A DNA stretch of 32,000 nucleotides, from NCBI GenBank assembly GCA_964543385.1, contig CAZIYE010000001.1, positions 390,001-422,000 on the forward strand, read 5' to 3'. A program made the translations under genes and the position numbers. This DNA is from an uncultured Candidatus Saccharibacteria bacterium (GTDB lineage: Bacteria; Patescibacteriota; UBA1384; XYA2-FULL-43-10; 1-14-0-10-43-13). Below the pieces are notes generated by a model. That model worked only from the letters and a program-made list of their open reading frames with translations. It was not told the origin of the DNA and ran no database searches. The stretch's first letter is position 1. Every line of letters starts with the position of its first letter. Below are positions 19,304 to 27,701 of the stretch, piece after piece.

Positions 19304-20233
19304 ATGGATTTTGGATCAATAATAATTGTAGTACTAGGCTTGTGTCTCTTCGAGGTTGTCTCGAGCATAGATAACGCAATAATAAATGCCGAAGTACTAT
19401 CAACGATGCAAGAAAAATATCGGAAATGGTTCCTTCTTTGGGGTATTATTTTTGCCGTCTTTCTTATCAGAGGCTTGCTCCCATGGATGATAGTTTGGTT
19501 TGCAACCCCTAGTCTTGGTTTCATTGGTTCCCTCACTGCAACATTTAGCAGCGACCCGAAAGTATTACATTCTATAGAAATGTCAGCTCCTATTTTGCTT
19601 GCCGGAGGTGGAACATTCCTAGTATTCTTATTTTTCCATTGGCTTTTTCTTGAGAGCAAAAACTTTGGTATTATTGGCGAAAAATTTTTCTATTCAAACG
19701 GCGTCTGGTTTTATGCCGTAGTTTCAATAATTTTAAGTGCTATAGTCTGCCTTGCGCTGCAGATGAATCCCCTGATGGCGTTTGGTGCGGTTATAGGGTC
19801 GACTGCCTTCTTCATCACTCACGGTTTCAAGCAAAATGCTGAGCAAAGTGAGCAAAAAATAATGAAAAGCGGCATGTCAGATATTAGCAAAATTCTGTAC
19901 TTAGAGGTTATAGATGCAACATTTTCAATTGACGGCGTTTTGGGCGCTTTTGCTTTCACCCTCTCTGTGCCTCTAATTCTAATTGGTAATGGAATCGGTG
20001 CTATAGTCGTAAGACAGCTGACCATGGGCAACATTCATAGAATAAAGAAATACGTTTTCCTAAAAAATGGTGCAATGTACTCAATATTATTCCTCGGAAG
20101 CATCATGCTTCTCGATAGTTTTGGTGTACACATAGCCAGCTGGGTATCGCCAGTCATCACATTTGGAGTAGTTGGATTCTTTTTCTTAAAATCCAAAAGA
20201 CACTTGGATAAAAATGGCTGTTTGGCCGTCTAG
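19304..20233 (+). CDS. DUF475/TerC-related integral membrane protein
   Basis: Polytopic, 309 aa. Motifs SSIDNAIINAEVL and YLEVIDATFSIDGVLGAFAFT. Confidence 0.6.
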   Translation: MDFGSIIIVVLGLCLFEVVSSIDNAIINAEVLSTMQEKYRKWFLLWGIIFAVFLIRGLLPWMIVWFATPSLGFIGSLTATFSSDPKVLHSIEMSAPILLAGGGTFLVFLFFHWLFLESKNFGIIGEKFFYSNGVWFYAVVSIILSAIVCLALQMNPLMAFGAVIGSTAFFITHGFKQNAEQSEQKIMKSGMSDISKILYLEVIDATFSIDGVLGAFAFTLSVPLILIGNGIGAIVVRQLTMGNIHRIKKYVFLKNGAMYSILFLGSIMLLDSFGVHIASWVSPVITFGVVGFFFLKSKRHLDKNGCLAV

Positions 20234-20339
20234 CTTACTTTTTGGATTTTACGGCCGGATAAGATAATTATTGCAATATCAAAACAAAGCAGTTAAAATA
20301 TACTTAACTAAAATATAAATATCTCAAAAGGAGGGATAT

Positions 20340-20969
20340 ATGGACTTTGGATGGAATAAACCTGCCAGTCAGGATCAAAATAATAGTACTCAAGTTACAA
20401 CAGATGATGCAAAAACTCCAGTAGTTGATGATACACCAGCTGCTACTCCTGCAGCAACGCCAGCTTCTTCGTGGGATTTACCTGGAGATAATAATAAACA
20501 AGACACTCAAGGCGGGATGACTTCCTCGGAGGAAGACTTAGACTTTTCGGCTAGTAAATCAGATGATTCTTTTGGCAACGATTTCACGGTCAACCCATCT
20601 ACTAATACGAAGCAGGTGGAGGATAATATACCAGAGGAAAAAGACGAAAAAGAAGCCTCCCCAGAAGATGATCAAGCAGAGACACCTTCTATAGAAAAGA
20701 CTGAAGAGGACCAAATAGAAGCGGTAAAAACAGAGATAGAGGAAAAATCAGAACCGACAGAAGATGATATTCAAAATGCGGCCCCAACAAATGGCGGCAA
20801 ATCTCTGACAGAGTTGGAGAATGATATATTGGGTCAAAAAAACAAAGTTGATAAAGATTTGGCTGATCTGCAAACAAAAGCTACCAAGCTCGAGGAGCTT
20901 CTCTCAAAGATTAGAAAAATGCAAGATGAGGAAAAGAATCTTATACAAGAAATATCAAGCGCCCTATAG
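20340..20969 (+). CDS. Hypothetical acidic low-complexity protein with a C-terminal coiled coil
   Basis: SD AGGAGGG. 209 aa rich in Asp, Glu, Thr and Pro. The C-terminus LTELENDILGQKNKVDKDLADLQTKATKLEELLSKIRKMQDEEKNL is heptad-like. Confidence 0.5.
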   Translation: MDFGWNKPASQDQNNSTQVTTDDAKTPVVDDTPAATPAATPASSWDLPGDNNKQDTQGGMTSSEEDLDFSASKSDDSFGNDFTVNPSTNTKQVEDNIPEEKDEKEASPEDDQAETPSIEKTEEDQIEAVKTEIEEKSEPTEDDIQNAAPTNGGKSLTELENDILGQKNKVDKDLADLQTKATKLEELLSKIRKMQDEEKNLIQEISSAL

Positions 20970-20984
20970 TAAGTTGTTTCTATA

Positions 20985-21012
20985 AAAAAGAGCTGATCAT
21001 CAGCTCTTTTTT
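20985..21012. terminator. Bidirectional intrinsic terminator
   Basis: AAAAAA-GAGCTGAT-CATCAGCTC-TTTTTT, between convergent genes. It overlaps the comEA stop. Confidence 0.75.
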
Positions 21013-21544
21013 ATATCGTTATTAGGTCCTTGATTTTATTGAAAATTAAATTACCTATCCCTTTTACCTCCTTGACCTGATCTATGGTTTTAAACCCGCT
21101 ATGACTTTGACGATATTCAACGATCTTTTTAGCATATGCCGGACCGATACCGGGCAGCGTATCAAGTTCCCCTTCAGACGCAGTATTGATATTTATTTTA
21201 CCAGGGATTTGTTTTACCACAGCTTTATGGGATTCTGGAGTAAAGTTGGTTATGCCCGCTACTTTTCCGCCATCATCACTAGATGATGATACCTCCTTAC
21301 TTTCAGAAATAAGCTTCTCAACTTCAACCGGCAAAGCAGACAAGTCTTCCTTTCTATCTTGCTCTAGAACAAAGAGCCTATTCTCGGCCAGACTCACTCT
21401 TTTTTTGATTTCAGGCATTAAGTAGTTTTCTCGCCAAAGTAAGAAAATCGAACTAGCTATAATTATGCAAAGTAATAATGAGCCAATCAAATACTTATAA
21501 TGTTCCACTATTGCACTAAAGTTATTAATTTTGGAATTTTCCAT
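21011..21544 (-). CDS. comEA: ComEA-family DNA-binding competence protein
   Basis: N-terminal TM segment. C-terminal tandem helix-hairpin-helix: INTASEGELDTLPGIGPAYAKKIVEYR and VKGIGNLIFNKIKD. Confidence 0.85.
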   Translation of the reverse strand: MENSKINNFSAIVEHYKYLIGSLLLCIIIASSIFLLWRENYLMPEIKKRVSLAENRLFVLEQDRKEDLSALPVEVEKLISESKEVSSSSDDGGKVAGITNFTPESHKAVVKQIPGKININTASEGELDTLPGIGPAYAKKIVEYRQSHSGFKTIDQVKEVKGIGNLIFNKIKDLITI

Positions 21545-21567
21545 TTAAATAAAGTTTTATCTAGCTC

Positions 21568-23616
21568 TTATTCTAAGTGTTTATTTATCAAATATTGCTG
21601 GATTTTTTCTAAAAGTATAGGATAATTACTTATTCTTGGCGCAATTTCCTTAGCTGCCTCCGAAGCTTCTAGAACCAATATTCTATCAGAGATAGAAGCC
21701 ATTTTAAGGTCAAGCATACCGGACTGCTCTAGGCCAAAGATTGCCCCTGGACCACGCATCTCCAAATCAACTTCAGCCAGTTGAAATCCATCTGATATTT
21801 CTTCAAGACTTTTTAGACGCTCTAACGCCTTTTCACTCTTTGTATTAGAGAAAAGAAAACAAAATGATTGATAACTGCTTCTGCCTACTCTGCCACGAAA
21901 CTGATGTATCTGAGCCAAGCCAAATCTTTCAGCATCTTCTACTATCATAACTGAAGCATTTGGGATATCCACGCCGACCTCAATGACCGACGTGCTGACC
22001 AAAATGTCGGTCTTGCAATCAGAAAAATCCTCCATAACACTCTCCTTTTCCTTGGATTTCATCTTGCCATGTAACATGCTAATTTTGAATTCTGGAAAAA
22101 TGTTCTTTAATTTTTCGAACTCTACCTTAACAGATTTCTGCTCCTCTTCCCATAACTCGCTCTTGACAATTACCAATTCTGACTTGTCTTCTATCAGCGG
22201 ACAAACAACAAACACCTGCCTTCCAGTTTTTATCTGTTTACCAATAAAGTCATATGCCTTTTCGCGGTTCCATGATTCAACAAAACGAGTCTTTATCTCT
22301 CTTCTATCCGTTGGCTTATCCCGAATAATAGAGACATCAAGATCTCCAAATAGTGCCAAATGGAGAGTTCGCGGAATAGGCGTCGCGGTCATGCTAAGAA
22401 AATGAGGTCTCATTTCAACTGATTGTTCATTGGATATCGAAAGTTGCTGCAAAGACTGCCTTTGTCTGACTCCAAAACGATGTTGTTCATCAACTATTAC
22501 TAATCCTAGGTTATCAATTTTGTCTAAATTTAATAATGCGTGAGTTCCTATAAGAATCGGCGCGCTATGATTTTCCTTCTTCGAAGACGTAACAACCCCG
22601 ATATTTTCATCACTAAATAATTTTTTAAAAACTTCATAATGTTGATTTGCTAGAATTTCAGTCGGAGCCATTAATATTGTTTTATAACCAGCTTTCTTCA
22701 CGACAGATGCTGCGATCGCTGCCACTATCGTTTTACCACTGCCGACATCGCCGTTTAACAAACGGTTCATCGGCATTGCCATCTCTAAATCTTGCACGAT
22801 TTGCCAAAGTGCCTTCTTTTGATCTCCTGTCAGTTGAAATGGCAGATTGCCAATAAAATCTTTTAAATCATCAAGACTAACTAAAACTGGCGGCGCCTTC
22901 TTTTCCGCAATCTCCAGTTTGGCAATATTAGCCTTTAATGAAATGGCAAATAGCTCATCAAAGGCTAAACGTCTCCGTGCCTCCTGAAGTCTCGAAGCGC
23001 TGTTTGGTTCGTGAATGTTGGAAATTGCTTCTTGAATTGAGATTAATTTATGCTTATCTAGCACTTCTTTCGGCAACCATTCAGAGATTTCTTCTGTGTA
23101 TTGTTTTACTTTTGAATAAACCTTCGCAATGAAAAAGCTGGTCATCCCGGCTGTTTCGGAATAAACTGGAACAATTTTAGCTGAGTTTGATCTTGTTGGT
23201 GACTCCATCGTGTACAATTTAGAGAAGCTATCAAATTTTACCGGCCCGTTCAGAGTCAGTTTACTACCGTTTCCTAGCATCTTGGCCAAATATGGCTGGT
23301 TAAACCATATTACTTTTAGCGATCCGGTATCATCAGCAACAACCGCTTCTGTGACTGTAAAACCTCTTCTGCGCGTCTTTTTATTAGCGATACCCAAAAG
23401 AGTCCCTTTTATCGTAAATACTTCCTTATTTTGGTTCTGACCAACTTTGTTACCTAGATCATTAATCTGAGTTACTGTTGTATAATCCTCATACTTTCTT
23501 GGAAAATAAAAAAACAGGTCATGAGGACATTCAAGACCTAATTTCTTCAATTTCAAAAAACTCTTCTCACCGATACCAAGCGCTTCTATATCTATAAATT
23601 TTTTATACAAATTCAT
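21568..23616 (-). CDS. recG: ATP-dependent DNA helicase RecG
   Basis: 682 aa. N-terminal wedge/OB region, Walker A GDVGSGKT, DEQH box VIVDEQHRFGV, motif VI HQFRGRVGR. Confidence 0.95.
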   Translation of the reverse strand: MNLYKKFIDIEALGIGEKSFLKLKKLGLECPHDLFFYFPRKYEDYTTVTQINDLGNKVGQNQNKEVFTIKGTLLGIANKKTRRRGFTVTEAVVADDTGSLKVIWFNQPYLAKMLGNGSKLTLNGPVKFDSFSKLYTMESPTRSNSAKIVPVYSETAGMTSFFIAKVYSKVKQYTEEISEWLPKEVLDKHKLISIQEAISNIHEPNSASRLQEARRRLAFDELFAISLKANIAKLEIAEKKAPPVLVSLDDLKDFIGNLPFQLTGDQKKALWQIVQDLEMAMPMNRLLNGDVGSGKTIVAAIAASVVKKAGYKTILMAPTEILANQHYEVFKKLFSDENIGVVTSSKKENHSAPILIGTHALLNLDKIDNLGLVIVDEQHRFGVRQRQSLQQLSISNEQSVEMRPHFLSMTATPIPRTLHLALFGDLDVSIIRDKPTDRREIKTRFVESWNREKAYDFIGKQIKTGRQVFVVCPLIEDKSELVIVKSELWEEEQKSVKVEFEKLKNIFPEFKISMLHGKMKSKEKESVMEDFSDCKTDILVSTSVIEVGVDIPNASVMIVEDAERFGLAQIHQFRGRVGRSSYQSFCFLFSNTKSEKALERLKSLEEISDGFQLAEVDLEMRGPGAIFGLEQSGMLDLKMASISDRILVLEASEAAKEIAPRISNYPILLEKIQQYLINKHLE

Positions 23617-23634
23617 TAGCCAGAAAATTGATAG

Positions 23635-23844
23635 TTATCTTTTCATCGTTATTGATGCAGATGCTACCATTATAACTCCCAAAACAAGAAAAGCACCACC
23701 AATCCATAACAGAATACGGAATATGTCTGCACTTGGATCGACGTAAGTACTGTCAGCACCAACGCTACCAACACCCAACGATGTTGCGACAGCAATAATA
23801 CCGAACAGAAAAGCGAAGAAACCAAACGTAAATACTTTTTTCAT
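23635..23844 (-). CDS. Hypothetical 69-aa two-TM protein
   Basis: SD AGGAGA. Two hydrophobic helices. Located immediately downstream of the MacB-like gene. Confidence 0.45.
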   Translation of the reverse strand: MKKVFTFGFFAFLFGIIAVATSLGVGSVGADSTYVDPSADIFRILLWIGGAFLVLGVIMVASASITMKR

Positions 23845-23853
23845 AATTTTCTC

Positions 23854-25806
23854 CTATTCATATCTTAAGGCTTCTAACGGCGATAATTTGGCTGCTCTTC
23901 TTGCGGGGTATAAGCCAGCCAAAAGCGAAACTAATACAGTTAAGACTACCATCTCGATGGCGAAAAAGGTAGGGGTTATAAATATTTGCATTGATCCCGG
24001 AATGTCGCTCATTTTCATCAATAGATTTACTATGAAATTTACAAATTCTCCAAAGAAATAAGTAGAAAGAACTCCGGCAAGTGAACCATAAAGCCCAAAC
24101 ATAATCACTTCATATTCAAAAATACGTTTTATATCGATATTTGTTGCTCCGATAGCCTTCATTATTCCAACTTCGTGTGTTCTCTCCAGCAGAGATATAG
24201 TCATGATGTTTACTATACCAATAAGTGCAACTATCAAGGCGACACCACCAATTACTCCAAGAACAATTTGCATGATAAGAAATACTTTGTCAACTTGCTT
24301 TATAAGATCAATAACTGAAGATGTTGTAAAACCAGCTCTTTCGATATTATCCCTGACTGATTCAACCTTAGATCGATCTGACGCTTTAACCTTGACGCTA
24401 TTATATTTGCCTACTCCTGTTATTTTTTTCGCCGATTCCAGAGATATGATAGCCGTACTTAGTAATTCATCACCATAAACACCAACAATTTTTTCATCCA
24501 ATTCAACACTTTTTAGATCAGATATTTTACCAGATTCCTCCGAGACAACAAGCATTGTTAATTTGATGTTCTTACCTACTGCAGTTGAAGGATCTTTTAT
24601 ATCAAAATTCTTTAAAAGACCTTTAGATACTACCACTCCTGACTTGTCAGTAAATTTACTACCAGAGATTAAAATAACTCCTTCAAACTCTAGCGCATTA
24701 GGAGCAATCCCCTGCACAATTATCTGAGAGTTAGAGCTGTCTATGTTCGCCTTAGAGGCAACAGTTACAGATGGACTTACAATAGCAACATTTGATATTT
24801 TTTTAAGTTTATCTACTGCTTTATCATCAAGGTTTTCTATCGAATTCTTGCTCAAAGATACATTAATAGTCACCAATGCATCGAGAGAAGCCAGCTGGCT
24901 TGAAGTTATTTTCTGAAGACCAACCCCAAGAGAAACCAACGTAACTATTGATCCGACGCCCATTGCAACACCAAGAGTTGTTAAAAAACTCCTCAGTTTA
25001 TTGCTAAAAAAATGAATTCTAGAAAAACGAAGGGTTTCTAGAATCTTCATTGATCCTTTTTTATTGGAAACATAGTATTTAGGAGTCTTGCTGTCTTCAG
25101 AATAGGAGGTGCTTTTATTATTACTATCAACCCTTACCATCTCGCCATCACGCATATATAATATTCTGTCGCCAAATTTAAGAAAATCAGGATTATGAGT
25201 GACTAGAACAATCGTCCTACCCCACTTCTTATTGATCTTGCATATTAGATCCATTATCTCATTCCCTGTCGGTATATCTAGATTTCCAGTAGGTTCGTCA
25301 ATCAGGAGAATCCCTGGATTTGCCGACAATGATCTAGCAATTGCAATTCGTTGTTGTTGCCCTCCGGACATCTCCGAGGGCCTATGGTCTGCTCTATCAC
25401 CAAGTCCAACAACAGCAAGAAGCTCTTCTGCTCTGGCATGAGCCTCTTTTCTATTAACTCCAGACAAGATCAAAGGCATTGCTACATTGTCTCGCGCAGA
25501 AAGTGTCGGAACAAGATTAAATTGCTGAAATACCATACCGACCCTAGTTCGGCGATATTCAGATAACTTGTTCTCTTTTAGATCAAATATATTAGTCCCC
25601 TTATAGAGAACTTTACCCAATGAAGGATAATCCAAACCGCCCAGAAGACTTAAAAGTGTGCTCTTGCCACAACCAGATGGCCCAAAAACAACCACAAATT
25701 CACCAGCATTTATGTCAAAAGTAGCACCTTTAAGTGCCTGTACCTCGTTTTCTCCAACGAAAAACGACTTCTGTAGATTATCAACTCTGATTACAGGCTC
25801 TTTCAT
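23854..25806 (-). CDS. MacB-like fused ABC transporter (N-terminal ATPase plus FtsX-type permease)
   Basis: Walker A GPSGCGKST, signature MSGGQQQRIAIAR, Walker B LLIDEPTGNLD. These are followed by a TM helix, a large extracytoplasmic domain and a C-terminal FtsX-type helix bundle. Confidence 0.88.
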   Translation of the reverse strand: MKEPVIRVDNLQKSFFVGENEVQALKGATFDINAGEFVVVFGPSGCGKSTLLSLLGGLDYPSLGKVLYKGTNIFDLKENKLSEYRRTRVGMVFQQFNLVPTLSARDNVAMPLILSGVNRKEAHARAEELLAVVGLGDRADHRPSEMSGGQQQRIAIARSLSANPGILLIDEPTGNLDIPTGNEIMDLICKINKKWGRTIVLVTHNPDFLKFGDRILYMRDGEMVRVDSNNKSTSYSEDSKTPKYYVSNKKGSMKILETLRFSRIHFFSNKLRSFLTTLGVAMGVGSIVTLVSLGVGLQKITSSQLASLDALVTINVSLSKNSIENLDDKAVDKLKKISNVAIVSPSVTVASKANIDSSNSQIIVQGIAPNALEFEGVILISGSKFTDKSGVVVSKGLLKNFDIKDPSTAVGKNIKLTMLVVSEESGKISDLKSVELDEKIVGVYGDELLSTAIISLESAKKITGVGKYNSVKVKASDRSKVESVRDNIERAGFTTSSVIDLIKQVDKVFLIMQIVLGVIGGVALIVALIGIVNIMTISLLERTHEVGIMKAIGATNIDIKRIFEYEVIMFGLYGSLAGVLSTYFFGEFVNFIVNLLMKMSDIPGSMQIFITPTFFAIEMVVLTVLVSLLAGLYPARRAAKLSPLEALRYE

Positions 25807-26075
25807 CTTTTCTCTATCTCTTCCTCTAATTCCTCTACCTCGCGCTCCACCTCCAACAACTTAGTCATTGACTCAAACGCAGTGATAGTTAGCAACACGG
25901 TGATCACAGAAATTGTAATGAATACTCCTGCTACGATTGCCTTCTTTTGAAATGAAGATTCTGGATAATAGAAGAATAGTACGATGCCCAATACTAGTAA
26001 AAAGATAGCGACGATTATCCCAACCAACAAGAGTAGATAAGAACCCATTTTGATCAATTTTTTGTTGTTTGCCAT
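25803..26075 (-). CDS. Hypothetical 90-aa two-TM protein with an acidic coiled-coil tail
   Basis: Its stop overlaps the MacB-like start (ATGA). The tail is KLLEVEREVEELEEEIEKR. Confidence 0.45.
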   Translation of the reverse strand: MANNKKLIKMGSYLLLLVGIIVAIFLLVLGIVLFFYYPESSFQKKAIVAGVFITISVITVLLTITAFESMTKLLEVEREVEELEEEIEKR

Positions 26076-26250
26076 TTTAAAAATTTAGATTAGATAATAG
26101 CCAAAAAGGTGCCAACGACAAATCATTGCACACATAAGAATATAAAGCCTAGTACAGTCATACCCCTCGCTTTCCACAGTATTTATAGCTTGATCCAAGC
26201 TACCGTTTATCTATAAATAAATTATAACAATTGGAAAGCAATTATACAAA

Positions 26251-27405
26251 CTAATCAACTCTGTCGATTATGCCGCCGCCGACAACTTCATCGCCATGAT
26301 AGAAGACAGCACTTTGCCCGGGAGTGACGGCTCTTTGTGATACATCCAGAATGACCTTGAACTTTCCTTCCTGAATCTCATTGATTTGGCAGGTGACCTC
26401 TCTGGCCTTATACCGAATTCTAACCTTTAAATCTCCATAGTCTGATCTGGGACCAGTCCAATATGTATTTACAATTTCAAACTCTTTTTTATATAGATCT
26501 TCATCAGCGCCGACAATTAGCTCATTTTTGCGTAAATCAAATCCAATAGCATAAAGAGGCTTCTTATTTTCACCTTTATTCATAATTTTTAATTCTTGAT
26601 TGACATCCTTACGTTGGCCGATTGTGTAGTTAACCAACCCGTTATGAATACCTACTGTAAAACCACTCTTGTCAACAATTTTACCGGATTTAAAATATGA
26701 CTCGTCTAGATGTCTTTTTAGAAATTCACGATAATCATTCCCTGCTACAAAACAAATTTCTTGGCTATCTTTTTTCTTATAAGTAAGCAGACCTTCTTTC
26801 TCTGCAATTGCCCTAGTGTCTTCCTTGCTCATTTCTGAAAGTGGAAATACAACTTTAGAGAGTTTATCCTGACCAAGCTGATACAGAAAATAAGATTGAT
26901 CCTTAGCTTTATCAAAGCCCTTAGAGAGATGATAAAATTCTTCATCATCTTGGGTTATTTTTGCATAATGTCCAGTCGCAAGCTTATCGCATCCAACTTT
27001 TTCCGCAAAATCTAAAAGCCATCCAAACTTTATTTTTTGATTGCATAGAATGCATGGATTTGGGGTTCTTAGGTTTTTATATTCATCAATAAAATAATCA
27101 ACGATCTCTTTTTTAAACACCTTCCGAGCGTCTACTACATAAAACGTTATTCCTAATTGAGTAGCAACTTTGCGTGCATCCATCAAGGCTCGTTCATCGC
27201 AGCAAGCATTCTCCGATGTACCGCAAGGATCGTGCCAAAGCTTCATAAAAAAGCCGACAACATCATATCCTTGTTGTTTTAGAAGCAACGCTGAAACAGA
27301 GGAATCAACTCCTCCGGACATGCCCACCGCAACTTTTATTTTCGATTTGTCCAATATAATTCCATTCTGATATAGAACTTGATGATACCCTTGATCTGTT
27401 ACCAA
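26251..27405 (-). CDS. mnmA: tRNA 2-thiouridine(34) synthase MnmA
   Basis: PP-loop GMSGGVDSSV, motif NPCILCN, C-terminus TPGQSAVFY. Both candidate starts are TTG: 27405 (track), and 27354, which gives the more typical N-terminus M-DKSKIKVAVGMSGG. Confidence 0.93.
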   Translation of the reverse strand: MVTDQGYHQVLYQNGIILDKSKIKVAVGMSGGVDSSVSALLLKQQGYDVVGFFMKLWHDPCGTSENACCDERALMDARKVATQLGITFYVVDARKVFKKEIVDYFIDEYKNLRTPNPCILCNQKIKFGWLLDFAEKVGCDKLATGHYAKITQDDEEFYHLSKGFDKAKDQSYFLYQLGQDKLSKVVFPLSEMSKEDTRAIAEKEGLLTYKKKDSQEICFVAGNDYREFLKRHLDESYFKSGKIVDKSGFTVGIHNGLVNYTIGQRKDVNQELKIMNKGENKKPLYAIGFDLRKNELIVGADEDLYKKEFEIVNTYWTGPRSDYGDLKVRIRYKAREVTCQINEIQEGKFKVILDVSQRAVTPGQSAVFYHGDEVVGGGIIDRVD

Positions 27406-27419
27406 ATAAATGGTATAAA
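27391..27419 (+). promoter_or_regulatory. Candidate sigma70-like promoter for the island-3 ORF
   Basis: TTGATC (27391-27396), a 17-nt spacer and TATAAA (27414-27419), in AT-rich DNA at the 5' end of mnmA. Confidence 0.35.
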
Positions 27420-27434
27420 TATGCTTATCATTTT

Positions 27435-27459
27435 CGATATCCTAACGGATATCGTTTTT
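27435..27459 (+). promoter_or_regulatory. Perfect 8-bp inverted repeat plus T5 in the predicted leader (attenuator hairpin or operator)
   Basis: CGATATCC-TAAC-GGATATCG followed by TTTTT, lying between the candidate -10 and the SD GGAGGA (27475-27480). Confidence 0.5.
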
Positions 27460-27465
27460 GGTAAA

Positions 27466-27693
27466 ACCCCTATTGGAGGATGTTCGATGATTAACCCCTG
27501 CCTGCGCGCCCAATTGCGGCGCGACGTCGCCCGTCGCTGGAAGGCGACCACGGAAGCACTCCGTAACTCTGAATGCCAGAACTGCGTTCTCGCAGACAGC
27601 GGATCGTGCGCTCCGGCCAACTGTCCGGGCCATCAGGCCCAATCGCGGCACTAGCCGCACTGCGTCCCGCCACTCCCCTCAAAGGAGTGGCGG
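27466..27693. other. GC-rich compositional island 3, in the mnmA-folD spacer
   Basis: Hand count of the ORF gives about 65% GC, against about 37% in a folD sample line. Confidence 0.8.
27487..27654 (+). CDS. Hypothetical 55-aa basic Cys-rich protein
   Basis: GGAGGA lies 6 nt before the ATG. Product is MINPCLRAQLRRDVARRWKATTEALRNSECQNCVLADSGSCAPANCPGHQAQSRH. Hand-counted GC3 is about 73%. TAG stop lies 12 nt before a strong terminator. Confidence 0.5.
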   Translation: MINPCLRAQLRRDVARRWKATTEALRNSECQNCVLADSGSCAPANCPGHQAQSRH

Positions 27694-27701
27694 TTCTTTT
27701 T
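27667..27701 (+). terminator. Intrinsic terminator active on the plus strand only
   Basis: CCGCCACTCC-CCTCAAA-GGAGTGGCGG followed by TTCTTTTT. The T-tract overlaps the folD stop codon on the opposite strand. Confidence 0.8.

Noticed and set aside
19231-19659. 142-aa minus-strand ORF overlapping the DUF475/TerC-like gene.
   Set aside because: It is antisense to a polytopic membrane gene with clear conserved motifs, and its own sequence is low-quality. It is a shadow ORF. Other antisense ORFs inside recG (21983-22405), atpA, glmS, the kinase and similar genes are rejected for the same reason.
25803-25806. Alternative genetic code (UGA recoded, as in some candidate phyla).
   Set aside because: All long conserved genes are intact under the standard bacterial code. 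TGA acts as a sensible stop, for example in the ATGA overlap at 25803-25806 and at the amidase-like gene end at 30596-30598.
27459-27467. 9-mer TGGTAAAAC shared between the island-3 leader (27459-27467) and the island-4/5 palindrome spacer (31879-31887) as a common regulatory motif.
   Set aside because: The same 9-mer also occurs inside the DUF2207-like coding region (16560-16568). Chance occurrence in AT-rich DNA is therefore plausible.
27379-27682. Three minus-strand ORFs in island 3 (63-73 aa) and the 91-aa plus-strand version starting at 27379.
   Set aside because: These are stop-depleted GC-rich frames without SD or ATG context. The 27379 start is in AT-rich mnmA-proximal DNA and reads through the leader hairpin. 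The ATG at 27487 has a canonical SD.
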